From the IMG/VR virus record IMGVR_UViG_3300002220_000024, positions 543 through 64,542 of that record: a DNA stretch of 64,000 bases, one strand, 5' to 3'. The position numbers were made by a program, and so were the translations under genes. This document shows, in pieces, positions 20,336-30,635 of the stretch. Source of the stretch: a virus. Its lineage: Duplodnaviria > Caudoviricetes. Within the stretch, counting starts at the first letter, position 1; every line of letters begins with the position of its first letter. The notes under the pieces are model-generated. The model made no database searches. It saw nothing but the letters and a program-made list of their open reading frames with translations, and was not told the origin of the DNA.

Positions 20336-20931
20336 TATTCCCCTCTTTTTAAAATGTAATCGTTATTATCTATCCATCGTATTACAGGTTCTCCAACATG
20401 ATTTTTATTCCATACAAACCATCCGTAAACCATCATTCCTGTATTATATTTACCATCATTTCTTAAAGGCTCACCAAGCAAAGGGTATCGTGTAAAAACA
20501 TAAACTTTAGAAAGAGGAAAGATATTATCATTATATATCTTATCATATCTTTCTTTTCCATGTAAGTATGATAGCGGTAATAATAATACTAATTTATTAC
20601 ATAACTCCTTTGCTTTTAAAATAAATTCTAAAGCAAGAGAGAAAGGAGGATTAGTAATTATGGTATCATACTTTTCTTTTTCTTTTAGGAAATCATTACC
20701 AAGACTAAGATCTTTACCTACAACATTATAACCAATATCTCTTAATACTTTGAGTATTGCACCATCACCACAAGAAGGCTCTAATATTTTTTTAGTTTTA
20801 TCAAACGTTTCTCTTTCAAGTAACTGCCAAGTCATTGAATAAGGCGTTTCATAAAAATCAGATTTTTTTCTTTGCCCTAAATTATTTGCTGAGAAATTCT
20901 TTCCCATTAAAACTCCAACAAAGATAGCCAC
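20335..20931 (-). CDS. Small amino (N6-A/N4-C) DNA methyltransferase
   Basis: DFYETP, ILEPSCGDGAI, IITNPPFS. Confidence 0.85.
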   Translation of the reverse strand: MAIFVGVLMGKNFSANNLGQRKKSDFYETPYSMTWQLLERETFDKTKKILEPSCGDGAILKVLRDIGYNVVGKDLSLGNDFLKEKEKYDTIITNPPFSLALEFILKAKELCNKLVLLLPLSYLHGKERYDKIYNDNIFPLSKVYVFTRYPLLGEPLRNDGKYNTGMMVYGWFVWNKNHVGEPVIRWIDNNDYILKRGE

Positions 20932-20973
20932 CGATTTCTCGATGGCTATCGAATAAAAGCTATGTATTAAACA

Positions 20974-22035
20974 CTAGTAGTAAAGAACTTCTTCCATTTC
21001 ATCAATACTAAAAGTTCTATAAGCACGTTCACCATTGTAAGATGTATCACCTTTAGCAAGGTAACAAGTTATTGTAGTAAATCCTAATGATTCAACTACA
21101 CAAACTCGTCTTTCTCCCTTATAAACAAAGGTAATGATATCTCCAGGTTCTACATCTTCTGGACAAATAAATTCAACTTCATCTTCTTCATCCCAATCAT
21201 CATCTTCATAATCGTCATCACAATTACAACCAGAATTAGGGCATGTAGAATAATCTGGTAAATCAGATTTGTATTCTTCTACAACCTCATATCTACAAAC
21301 ACGAACCTTTTGTGCATTGTGATCTTTTGGAACACTTACAACATCAGCAGGATTAACTTTAACAATAACTACCTTGTCTCCATAGCTATGATACCATCCA
21401 TTAGGACCAGAGTATTGTAATCCTCCAACATGCAATCCTTTACTACATTCATGACCTCGTTCATCGTCTACTTCATTACGAACGCATTCAATAACCTGAC
21501 CAACAGCATTATTAATACGGTTCTGTATAACCTCTCCTTGAACCAAAGTTAAATTGCATCCTGGGTGTTTAGCAAGAAAATCTCTATTAACAGACTTATA
21601 TGCTAAAAAACAGCCATCTTCTGTAATTGGTAGATTCTTATTCATCAAGAAATCATAAAGTTCTTCAACAGCACGGTTTGAAGGATTTTTCAATAAGTTT
21701 TCCAAGAACACCATCATATATTCAATCTGATGCCCCTCTTGCTTCATTCCGGTAATACGACTTACCAATGTTGAGTGTAATTCTTTTCCATTGTAATAAA
21801 TCTTATCATCAACAAGTTCTAAACCTGTTTTATTTCCCGAACTATCTTTCTGGATATAAACCTTTACTCCATTAGCAACTTTTGTTAAGTCTACAAATGT
21901 TGAAAAATCATTTTCCTGAAATGAGTATAAAAGCTCTTTGTAATTTGGATGATCTTTATCAACAGAGAAACTTTCTCCATTATAAAGAACAGTCATTGAT
22001 CCGGTTGAGGGATTGTAAATCTTAGCCATGTGCAT
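20974..22035 (-). CDS. rIIB: rIIB-like protein with acidic linker and extra C-terminal WYL/SH3-like domain
   Basis: LPITEDGCFLAYK, CSKGLHVG, VKVNPADVVSVPKD..AQK.RVCRYEV. Confidence 0.85.
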   Translation of the reverse strand: MHMAKIYNPSTGSMTVLYNGESFSVDKDHPNYKELLYSFQENDFSTFVDLTKVANGVKVYIQKDSSGNKTGLELVDDKIYYNGKELHSTLVSRITGMKQEGHQIEYMMVFLENLLKNPSNRAVEELYDFLMNKNLPITEDGCFLAYKSVNRDFLAKHPGCNLTLVQGEVIQNRINNAVGQVIECVRNEVDDERGHECSKGLHVGGLQYSGPNGWYHSYGDKVVIVKVNPADVVSVPKDHNAQKVRVCRYEVVEEYKSDLPDYSTCPNSGCNCDDDYEDDDWDEEDEVEFICPEDVEPGDIITFVYKGERRVCVVESLGFTTITCYLAKGDTSYNGERAYRTFSIDEMEEVLYY

Positions 22036-24085
22036 CTACTCCTAAAATATAGTGATAAAAATCTAACGGGTCTACTGAAATATAATAAGTGCTACGATAT
22101 TGTTTTAATAATTTATATTTATCGACAATAGAACAGTCAAAATCAAGCTTCTGTTCTTTTGGTAAAATATTAAATATCTTTTTAATTAGATCAAAACCTA
22201 CTGGTTTAACTGGTTTTTTAGTATTCTTAAGGGTTTTATATCTATTATACCACTCTAAAAGTTTATGATTCTGATCTAATTTATTTTTTAATCCACTCAG
22301 ACAATTATAAACATAATCATAAGAGTTGTCAACATTAACTATTAAATAATAGTAGTCAAGATCATCAACGTATTTTTGCGATTCAACAATAGAGGCATTT
22401 AATTTTCCTCCAACTAAAGATGTAAACTCAACCCAATTATCAGGAAGGTCTTCAACGTCACGTTTTGCAACGCCATAAATTTGAACATTAGTTTTTTCTG
22501 TTTCGTTAAAATAATTAACAAGGTCTTGCAATTCTTTAGGATTATGATGTTCATCAGTATTTTTATTAATGTAATCATATGCGTGTCTAGCTACATAATA
22601 ATATACACCTGATGTAATATCAACATTTTCTAGTTGTGGATTAATCCACGAAGATGTCGGTCTCCGAGAATTATACCATAATGATATACTTGATAATTTT
22701 GTTCTATTATGAACTGTTTTTGGTGGATCTGGTAATGATGAGGATAAAATAATATGACTATCATTGCAAGAAAACTTGTCAACAATATACTTCTTAACAT
22801 CTACTATTGTCTTACCATCTTTTAATTGAAAAAGAATAGTTGTTTTTTTTGATGTATTCTGCGTCCAGTATTTTACCTTAGAAATAACTCCTTTAGTAAC
22901 ATCGCAGACAACAATATTAATATGTTCTCCTGTTACATAATGTCCTAATCTTCTGTTTCCATTTTCTCTTGGAGACTTTCTATAGCGGTCAAAATCAAAC
23001 GTTCTAATTTCGCACAGATCTTTAGTATCATCTGGATTAAGGAATATTTCCAGATTACGATTTTGATGCAGTTTAATACCGTTCCATTCAACGTTTGTTA
23101 AATCAATCAGTTTAATAATGTTGTTAGGAATGGTATTAATCATGTTAGATAAACATGTTCTTGCATCCCATAAAGTTTTTGCATTCTTAACATCAGTATC
23201 AAACTTTTCCAAAACTTCTCTTGAGATATTTAAAAATACCTTTCTAAGGTAGGAAATTGTTTTCTGAGTATATTGTAAACGCTCTCTTGATGGTTGAAAA
23301 TCTACAGAACCAATAGGAGCTTCAATAACAATCTTGCTATTGATATAGTCATTAAATTTTGCTAATGTAGTTTCGCCAGCTTCAACATCATATAAAACAC
23401 CGCCCATTAAAACAGAACAATTTTTAACATCGTGTGTTAAATACCATCCATCGCCAGAGAATGATTTTTCAATAGTATAGACATCAACATTTTTACCAAT
23501 TAAGTTTGGTTTAACGTCTTGCCATTTAAATACATTCTCAGCTTCTTCATCAAACTTCCAAATGTCATTACTATGAACCGGAAATTCAACCTTTACTCCG
23601 GTAGGTTCATTTGATTTTTCTTCTAACATTTTTGTATAACATGGAGCATCAGTTGCATCAAGATACATATGGTAAATGTATTTTGTTCCATTTTTCCATG
23701 ATGTTACAGTAAAAGATTTAGAATTATAACAGAAAGCACTCATTGCTCCAATACCTAAGTTTCCTGTTGTTAAAGCAGAATTTTCTTTGGTAGAAGCAAA
23801 AGCTACGGTAAAAACATTTACAATATCTTCTTCGTCAAGACCAACACCATAATCCCTAACATAAAAAGTTGGACTATTTCTCGTTGGTAAATGGCAGTCA
23901 TAAGATTTTGAATGTCCCGCCTGTAAATGTGAGTCAATACAGTTGGTTGTATATTCACGAATTACTGCACGAATTTTGTGTGAATAAATTCCGTTAACAA
24001 TAATACCAAATGACTTAGCATTAACAAGCATTCCAAACTGCTTTGTTTCGCCAACATCTTCAAGTACAACATCTTTCTTATTCAT
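22022..24085 (-). CDS. rIIA: rIIA-like protein (GHKL ATPase N-terminus)
   Basis: IYSHKIRAVIREY..N..DSH, VRDYG.GL, STK.....G.LGIG, FQPSRE.L; adjacent to rIIB. Confidence 0.85.
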   Translation of the reverse strand: MNKKDVVLEDVGETKQFGMLVNAKSFGIIVNGIYSHKIRAVIREYTTNCIDSHLQAGHSKSYDCHLPTRNSPTFYVRDYGVGLDEEDIVNVFTVAFASTKENSALTTGNLGIGAMSAFCYNSKSFTVTSWKNGTKYIYHMYLDATDAPCYTKMLEEKSNEPTGVKVEFPVHSNDIWKFDEEAENVFKWQDVKPNLIGKNVDVYTIEKSFSGDGWYLTHDVKNCSVLMGGVLYDVEAGETTLAKFNDYINSKIVIEAPIGSVDFQPSRERLQYTQKTISYLRKVFLNISREVLEKFDTDVKNAKTLWDARTCLSNMINTIPNNIIKLIDLTNVEWNGIKLHQNRNLEIFLNPDDTKDLCEIRTFDFDRYRKSPRENGNRRLGHYVTGEHINIVVCDVTKGVISKVKYWTQNTSKKTTILFQLKDGKTIVDVKKYIVDKFSCNDSHIILSSSLPDPPKTVHNRTKLSSISLWYNSRRPTSSWINPQLENVDITSGVYYYVARHAYDYINKNTDEHHNPKELQDLVNYFNETEKTNVQIYGVAKRDVEDLPDNWVEFTSLVGGKLNASIVESQKYVDDLDYYYLIVNVDNSYDYVYNCLSGLKNKLDQNHKLLEWYNRYKTLKNTKKPVKPVGFDLIKKIFNILPKEQKLDFDCSIVDKYKLLKQYRSTYYISVDPLDFYHYILGVDAHG

Positions 24086-24088
24086 ATT

Positions 24089-24670
24089 TTACCTTACGTT
24101 AGTGTTCTTATCGTGATGGTCCAAGAAAGCAATTTTCTTGGTACTCATAATATCTAAAACTTCTTCAATAGAAACAGGCTTACGAAATACGTCCCAGCCA
24201 ACATCTAGTAATTTTCCATTATTTGATTCTGGTCTTGATGGATAAAAACTACCATGACTATGAGAGCAAATATTTATAGAACCTTTGTGACTTCCATTCC
24301 ATACTGCAATAGGAAAATGGAAAAGACAAAATAAAGTCTTATTATAATAGAACTCATAATAATCTTTAATCCATACAAAACAATCTGAATATTTTTCTAT
24401 TCCGTGGTCATGATTTCCTTTAATAAAATAGATATTTTTACAATTAATTCTAGAAACATATTCAGGAATTCTTTTTCTATCACCGAAAGCAAAATCTCCA
24501 AGAAGATAAAAATCATCATCTTGTTTTACTGTAGAATTAATACTACTAAAAATAGCATTGTTCATTTCTTCTACAGAGTTAAAATCTCTATAACCAGATT
24601 CCCATTGACTTATAGATTCTCCAGTTATATTAATATGTCCTATGTGTGGGCATCCAAGGAAGTATATCAT
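24089..24670 (-). CDS. Calcineurin-like metallophosphoesterase
   Basis: GCPHIGH, LLGDF, IKGNHD, HFP, HSHG. Confidence 0.8.
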   Translation of the reverse strand: MIYFLGCPHIGHINITGESISQWESGYRDFNSVEEMNNAIFSSINSTVKQDDDFYLLGDFAFGDRKRIPEYVSRINCKNIYFIKGNHDHGIEKYSDCFVWIKDYYEFYYNKTLFCLFHFPIAVWNGSHKGSINICSHSHGSFYPSRPESNNGKLLDVGWDVFRKPVSIEEVLDIMSTKKIAFLDHHDKNTNVR

Positions 24671-24728
24671 TTTAATATTTTAGTGTATAATTATAGGGAC
24701 AGTTTAAAACTTTAATAAAGGAGAAAAT

Positions 24729-25649
24729 ATGACTATTTGGACTAAAGATGAAGATTTCATTCTTATTAATAATTATCAATTAAAAAGTAGCGAAATATCA
24801 AAATTACTTAGTAATAGAACTAAAGCCGCAATAAACATTAGGGCATCTAAACTTGGTTTGAAGAAAATTTGTAATGAATATAAACATTCTGATTTAAGTG
24901 TTTTATTAGAGGATTCTTTAGAGGCATATTATTGGATAGGTTTTATCTTAGCTGATGGTCATATTACCAAAAGTAATAGGTTACAAATTACTTTAAATAA
25001 ACGAGATTCTGAACATCTAAGAAAATTTAATAATTTCGTATCTGGCATTAATGATATTAAACTTCGTAAAAAAACTTGCGGGGTAGCTTACCAAGATAAA
25101 TATCATATACCACTATTAGTTGAAAAATTCGATATAAATAATAAAAAAACATATAACCCTCCTAATATTACTATTGATGATAACGATTTATTTTTAGCTT
25201 TATTTTGCGGTATAATAGATGGTGATGGATGTATTAAAAAAAGGAAAGATTTAAATCTTAGTGCCTTAACTATAAAATGTCATAGTTCATGGAATAATTT
25301 ACTTAATTCTTTTATTATTAAATTAAATAGTATTTTTGGATTTGATACACCTTTAGGTTTTATAAGAGATCATGGTTATTATTCTGTTGATATATGTCAC
25401 TTTGAATTATTAGTTAAGCTGAAACAATTTACTTTGAATAAAAAGTTACCTATCTTAGAAAGAAAATGGAATAATATTAATGAAAATCATATTACTAGAG
25501 ATATGTTATCTAAACACCGCAAAAATTTAATTCAACCCCTTTTATTACAAAATCTTTCTATTAAAGAAATTTCTAATATAACAAACCTTTCTTATAGTAC
25601 CGTGTACTATATATCCAAAAGACTTGAATCTAGTTCAAATCTGAACTAA
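24729..25649 (+). mobile_element. Free-standing double-motif LAGLIDADG homing endonuclease with HTH-like termini
   Basis: YWIGFILADGHI and FCGIIDGDGCI; opposite strand to neighbours; GGAG RBS. Confidence 0.85.
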
Positions 25650-25659
25650 AGTATATCAT

Positions 25660-26209
25660 TTACTCCTCATAATTATCTACCAATTCAACCATACGTTGTT
25701 TTCTTTCGTCAAGATCTTCTTCTGAGTCTAAATTATTATCCCAAAGATCTTGTAATCTGTCAAGCAACATAATTGGATAATTATCCTTATATTTTAAAAG
25801 TGTTGAACATTCAGCATAATTTAATAGATAATAAATACTATTTCCATTAAACTCTTTAAGTTCATTTTCTTGAGTTCCTTCAAGAGCAAATAATTGTCCA
25901 ATTACACAAGACGGTTTTCCATCGCTAAAGTATTGACATTGACCAGGATTTACCGCTAATTCAATAGCCTTAAAAAGATTTTCTTTATTCATATGAACCT
26001 TTCTTTAAAATACAACAACGAATAATACGAGGATTCTTTGGATAATTGTAATTTAAATCAATCTCAAAAGAATGATCGTTAATCTGAATCAATTTACCAA
26101 CAGGCATTTCAACCCAAAAACCCTTAATAAAACATAAACCAGTAACCAACTCACCAATTCGACGATACATTAAACTATTCCTTAAAAGGAGGATAAAACT
26201 TATGAGCAA
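25660..26209 (-). other. Two hypothetical CDS (25660-25992, 25985-26209)
   Basis: First carries CVIGQL, weakly like the CILGQL paralog family. Confidence 0.55.
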
Positions 26210-26228
26210 CGTGCCCTTGACAGTCTGT

Positions 26229-26257
26229 ATTATACAAGGCGACTAATCGGTAGTCAA
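26229..26257 (-). promoter_or_regulatory. Promoter module P5
   Basis: TTGACT-ACCGATTAGTCGCCTTG(17)-TATAAT. Confidence 0.85.
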
Positions 26258-26276
26258 CCTTCTTTTTAAAATCTTT

Positions 26277-26699
26277 TCAAGAATCAACCAACATCGTTTC
26301 CAAAACTTCTCTAACCGTTTTCGGTTCAACAGGCAAATTATTATCTTTGAAATAACGAATAGCAGCACCCATTGCTTTATTAAAAGGTGGTTCAAGCTTT
26401 ACGTTATGTAGATGTTGCTGAATTTCTTCTGGTGTTAAATATTTTGGTAAGTAAGAAGAAAGAATATTATTCTCAACATCAAGTAAACTAATTAAACTAT
26501 CTGCTTTAGTATCTTTACCCAATGCAATAGTATCGTTATTAGATTGAATAATCTTCTTAATAATGTTTTCTGCATTTGGTTTATTTCCGCGATTAACTTC
26601 TAATTCGTATTCAGAAACAACAAGGCGTAAAATAGAAATTTTTATTTTATCGTTTTCTTTTCTAGACGCTAGCAGTTCTTCTTTAATTTTTTCAATCAT
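26277..26699 (-). CDS. GatB/YqeY domain protein
   Basis: KIKEEL..SRK.NDKIK.SILRL, E..IL..YLPK.LT.EEI. Confidence 0.8.
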   Translation of the reverse strand: MIEKIKEELLASRKENDKIKISILRLVVSEYELEVNRGNKPNAENIIKKIIQSNNDTIALGKDTKADSLISLLDVENNILSSYLPKYLTPEEIQQHLHNVKLEPPFNKAMGAAIRYFKDNNLPVEPKTVREVLETMLVDS

Positions 26700-26700
26700 T

Positions 26701-27171
26701 TTAATCCTTTAACTTTTCAATTAGTGAATAAAACTTTTCTGTTGATTCCCACCTATTAATCATACGCTCAATAGCTTCTCTAGGTACTCCGTGAGTATTT
26801 CTTTGAGCACATAAATCAACATCAAACCTATCTGGATTATCTGGTTCAACAATTTCTATTTCATAATTATATTGAAGGGCCATTTTAACATAAGGTTCAA
26901 TCTCAAAAAATGAACAATTTGTGTTATCTACAATCACATATTTTTGGTTATTATACAAGGCTAATGCTACCATATTTTTATTTAACTCATGGGCCTTACC
27001 AAGAAGACTACCATTAAATTTGTATTGACCATCTACCATAAAATAATTATCAGTAGAATAAATAATACCATTATTTTCTCCTGCTAATTTCTTAGCTAGT
27101 GTACTTTTTCCGCTACCCGGCAAACCCTTCATCAAAACCAACTTCTTAATCATATTATTCCTCATATTCAC
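26701..27171 (-). CDS. P-loop polynucleotide kinase-like protein (N4BP2/AAA_33 type)
   Basis: MKGLPGSGKST, STDNYF, VDNTN, RNTHGVP.E.I.RM. Confidence 0.85.
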   Translation of the reverse strand: MNMRNNMIKKLVLMKGLPGSGKSTLAKKLAGENNGIIYSTDNYFMVDGQYKFNGSLLGKAHELNKNMVALALYNNQKYVIVDNTNCSFFEIEPYVKMALQYNYEIEIVEPDNPDRFDVDLCAQRNTHGVPREAIERMINRWESTEKFYSLIEKLKD

Positions 27172-27667
27172 AGATAGTAACGTCTAAATTTTCCCAATAT
27201 TTTTCAATCATTGGAACAATATCTTTATCCCAATTTGCACCTGCTCGTAAACTTCCAAATTTTGGTGCAACAATTTTATAATCACTATAAACAATAGCAA
27301 AATCAAAAACTCTCATTAAACATTCTTTTAATGCCCATAATCTAATTGGAGGAACTTGTTTACCATCAATAAGATCATAACCAAGTTTTTGAGCAATCAT
27401 ATTAATAACAACAGTATTATCGTCTACATCAACTATTTGAATTTCACCAAGATCAAATGCTATTGATTTTAAAGAAGATTTACAAGAATGAAATTTGTTT
27501 GCATACCAATACTCGTAATTTTGTTTTACTTTTGGCCACCTTTGATATAATCCATAAGCAACACCAGAACCCATTATTCCGTGAGAATTAACTATGTGTG
27601 GAATGATTTTCTTTTCATTTGGAAAAACTTTTGTTACGTCACCCCTAATATATTTAATCATTTTCAC
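27155..27667 (-). CDS. Macrodomain protein
   Basis: IRGDV, IPHIVN..G.MGSGVA, NMIAQ, PKFG...AGA.W. Confidence 0.8.
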   Translation of the reverse strand: MKMIKYIRGDVTKVFPNEKKIIPHIVNSHGIMGSGVAYGLYQRWPKVKQNYEYWYANKFHSCKSSLKSIAFDLGEIQIVDVDDNTVVINMIAQKLGYDLIDGKQVPPIRLWALKECLMRVFDFAIVYSDYKIVAPKFGSLRAGANWDKDIVPMIEKYWENLDVTICEYEE

Positions 27668-27861
27668 CCCGAACTATCTACTTCATAACGAATTTTACAA
27701 ATAGGACAACTATAATAGTTATAACATGACCATATACTACTACCTTGTCTAATAGGAGTATGTTTTTTATTACAACATTCTTTATATTCTTTAGGCTGTT
27801 CTTTCCAACCGTTCATAATGCCAAGATTTTTATACTCTTTAGTTTCTGTTTTAACGTTCAT
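27664..27861 (-). CDS. Small zinc-binding hypothetical protein
   Basis: CC..KH and CPIC. Confidence 0.45.
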   Translation of the reverse strand: MNVKTETKEYKNLGIMNGWKEQPKEYKECCNKKHTPIRQGSSIWSCYNYYSCPICKIRYEVDSSG

Positions 27862-28244
27862 ACAAACCTTTCTGTCTTAAAATTTCCAAACTCATCTGAA
27901 TAAGTAACAATATTAAATCCATAATGAACCAACAATCTTTGACATTTATCACACGGGCGAGAAATACCAATTTTTCCATTATAAAATCTTAGATTAAGAA
28001 ATTGATATTTATGGGCATTAATTAAGTCTCCAAAAGACAGAATAGAAGAAAGTTCAGAGTGTATAGCGTCAAACCTATACCCAAACTTAGATGCAATCGG
28101 ATGACTTTTTGTAGACAGATTCCATCCAATACTCACAATACTATTCTTCTTTACAATAAAGGAAAAATGTTTTGATCTACCTATTGGTAGGTGAATAAGA
28201 TTTTCTGCTACTGAAATTGCTTTTTGAATTACTTTTTGTCTCAT
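27858..28244 (-). CDS. Cytidine/dCMP deaminase-like protein
   Basis: IVSIGWN, IHSE, SRPCDKC (HxE..PCxxC). Confidence 0.8.
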   Translation of the reverse strand: MRQKVIQKAISVAENLIHLPIGRSKHFSFIVKKNSIVSIGWNLSTKSHPIASKFGYRFDAIHSELSSILSFGDLINAHKYQFLNLRFYNGKIGISRPCDKCQRLLVHYGFNIVTYSDEFGNFKTERFV

Positions 28245-28279
28245 AATTTTGTGGCCGTAAGAGTAACTTGTCAGGCCAC

Positions 28280-28308
28280 ATTATACACGGAGATCAATTA
28301 GTAGTCAA
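28280..28308 (-). promoter_or_regulatory. Promoter module P6
   Basis: TTGACT-ACTAATTGATCTCCGTG(17)-TATAAT. Confidence 0.85.
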
Positions 28309-28339
28309 CCGTGTTTTCAAAAACTTTTCAAAATTCTGA

Positions 28340-29239
28340 TCAAGCTGTAGAAGAATCAAGCTCTTTAATGTAATCAAAACCGTTCCTGGTTAAACTTCTA
28401 CCAGAACCACTAATTTCAACAAAACGGCTTTTAATCAAAAACGGTTCAATATCGTTCATAATAGTAGATTGATCAATATTTAAAAGACTGGATAGTTGAT
28501 TAATACCAATTGTTCCGCACTTTAACTCTCTTAAGTATTGGATATCTCTATTCTCTAATCCATCTTTGTTATAACCTTGTAAAGCAATGATTTTTAACAC
28601 CTCTCCAGAAGAAATTTTAGTTAAATTATTACTAATCATCCAATTATACAACCATTCTGTTCTTGCTTTAACTAATCTAGGTACGCCCCTACAAGTTCTT
28701 GCAATTAACATTGCTAAATCTTCGTCTAATTTAAAACCTTGTTCTTGACAAGTTAGGTGACATACTTTAGTAAGTTCTTCTTCTGTATATTCAACAAACT
28801 CTGCATTAAATTTAAAACGAGATTTCATTGGTCCAGATATTTTTCCTGCGTGTGTACTAGCCGCAGCTATAGTAAATTCTGGCAAATTAACAACCCTTCC
28901 TTTAGTATCATAGTAACAAAAATCTTCCATTACTGTATACATAAATTCGGAACATTTTTTAGGCATACTATGAATCTCATCTAAAAACATAATATCCATA
29001 AAATTTATTTGATTAATAATATTTCTAATATCTTTTATATCACGTAAAGTTGCACAATTAATAGAAAAAAGGTTTTTGCCTAATTCCTTGGCTATAATTT
29101 TACAACATTTGCTCTTACCGAATCCTGCGGGGCCACCAAGAAAAAAATGATCACAAGCTTTGTTTCTAATCTTAGCAGCATTAATTAATGTTTTAAGAAC
29201 CTCTTTAACTTTTTCTTGACCTATAAAATCTTCAAACAT
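28340..29239 (-). CDS. ruvB: Holliday junction branch migration ATPase RuvB
   Basis: FEDFIGQEKVK, GPAGFGKS, FLDEIH, GP..SRF, RGVPR, IEPFL. Confidence 0.9.
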   Translation of the reverse strand: MFEDFIGQEKVKEVLKTLINAAKIRNKACDHFFLGGPAGFGKSKCCKIIAKELGKNLFSINCATLRDIKDIRNIINQINFMDIMFLDEIHSMPKKCSEFMYTVMEDFCYYDTKGRVVNLPEFTIAAASTHAGKISGPMKSRFKFNAEFVEYTEEELTKVCHLTCQEQGFKLDEDLAMLIARTCRGVPRLVKARTEWLYNWMISNNLTKISSGEVLKIIALQGYNKDGLENRDIQYLRELKCGTIGINQLSSLLNIDQSTIMNDIEPFLIKSRFVEISGSGRSLTRNGFDYIKELDSSTA

Positions 29240-29275
29240 TTTATTTTCTTTCCCAGTTCCATTTAGGGATATTAT

Positions 29276-29710
29276 CTACAATAAACCCCCTTGTTTTAAA
29301 ACGTCTTTTTGTTTATTAACATCCCAATCTTTATCACAAATTAAACAAGATTCCATACAGTAAGAAAAACCTTCTGGTGCATTTGGTTCATAACCATATA
29401 AATCAATAAAATCATCTAATTCATCAGTAGTCATTCCTTCTGGAATTTCCCATTCCCAACCATCAGGACAAATACCATATTCTTCAAAATACTTTTTAGG
29501 TGAAACCCACCATAAATCTTCTCCTTCTAAATCTGTATTAGAATAAATAGCATACCAACCATCGCCCCAAATAATAGGATCTTGATCGTATTCATTTTTA
29601 TCTAATGTTAATTCGCCTGCTAAAAGTTTTTTTGCCGCTTCAACAGCAATAGCTATAGTAACACCAGTATCTTTTCTATTTTTATACAGAAATTCTAGCA
29701 AAGTAGTCAT
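29276..29710 (-). CDS. Acidic hypothetical protein
   Basis: ORF track. Confidence 0.55.
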   Translation of the reverse strand: MTTLLEFLYKNRKDTGVTIAIAVEAAKKLLAGELTLDKNEYDQDPIIWGDGWYAIYSNTDLEGEDLWWVSPKKYFEEYGICPDGWEWEIPEGMTTDELDDFIDLYGYEPNAPEGFSYCMESCLICDKDWDVNKQKDVLKQGGLL

Positions 29711-30276
29711 TCAATCATCCTCTTAATAAATTCATCGAGTTGACTATCATTTAAATACTGACCCCAAAAATCAGGAATCGGTCTCTTGGTATATTTTACC
29801 ATCCACTTACCAGCATTATTATATCGCTTATCCTCACAATAAAACTTTTGATAAGACTCAGTAGGATTGTTAAAATCTCTTAAATGAGGATAATTCTTAA
29901 ATGCTAAAGCTGGTGTAGTTAATCCAATATCTTTAATGTCTGGTGTGTTTTTTTGACACCATCGAATAAAATCAATACAAAAATGATCACCACCAAGCCT
30001 ATATATTTTTTCCTCATATAAATAGTTTGCGTGGTCTAATAACCAATTAAAATTAGAAAGTGATTCTCTACTCCAAATAGTGCAAGGATGATTTCTATAA
30101 CCATAAGTTCTAGGTTTACCCTTTTGATTTCTTGGACAATCTGGTTTAGCCAATCTTTCTAAAGAATAGGCATTTGCTAACATTTGAACAGATTCAACAA
30201 TCATTTTACTTTGGTGTGCATCAATCATCCATAATGCAGAAGTTTTAGGATTATGATCTAGGTAAAATATATTCAT
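29707..30276 (-). CDS. Pyrimidine-dimer DNA glycosylase (endonuclease V-related phage family)
   Basis: MNIFYLD.NP..SA....D.H..KM..ES.QML, NHPCTIW, Y..FY. Confidence 0.75.
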   Translation of the reverse strand: MNIFYLDHNPKTSALWMIDAHQSKMIVESVQMLANAYSLERLAKPDCPRNQKGKPRTYGYRNHPCTIWSRESLSNFNWLLDHANYLYEEKIYRLGGDHFCIDFIRWCQKNTPDIKDIGLTTPALAFKNYPHLRDFNNPTESYQKFYCEDKRYNNAGKWMVKYTKRPIPDFWGQYLNDSQLDEFIKRMIE

Positions 30277-30635
30277 CTGACAGAAAGATGGTTTTTATAT
30301 AAATTATATGATGCTTGACACATAGTATAACAATGTAAATTATACTCTCCTGATGAAACAACGTAATTCAATAACCTTTTACCAATACCACAGTTACGAT
30401 ATTTACTGTTAACAAAAACACCAATATTGTATCCAAACATGATATTTTCTTTAGTTATTATACATGATCCAACAGGCTTATGATTAACAAAAGCTAAACC
30501 GGCAACAAGTATTTGATCTTGCTGCCGGATAGCCTTAATCATTCCGCCATGAGCAAACCTAAGTTTATTGGCTTGCATAATATTACAGAATGTTTTTATC
30601 CTTTTAGGAGTTTTAGTGTAAGTTAGCCGTAGCAC
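30273..30635 (-). CDS. GNAT acetyltransferase-like protein
   Basis: VFVNSKYRNCGIGKRLL (acetyl-CoA motif A). Confidence 0.7.
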   Translation of the reverse strand: MLRLTYTKTPKRIKTFCNIMQANKLRFAHGGMIKAIRQQDQILVAGLAFVNHKPVGSCIITKENIMFGYNIGVFVNSKYRNCGIGKRLLNYVVSSGEYNLHCYTMCQASYNLYKNHLSVR

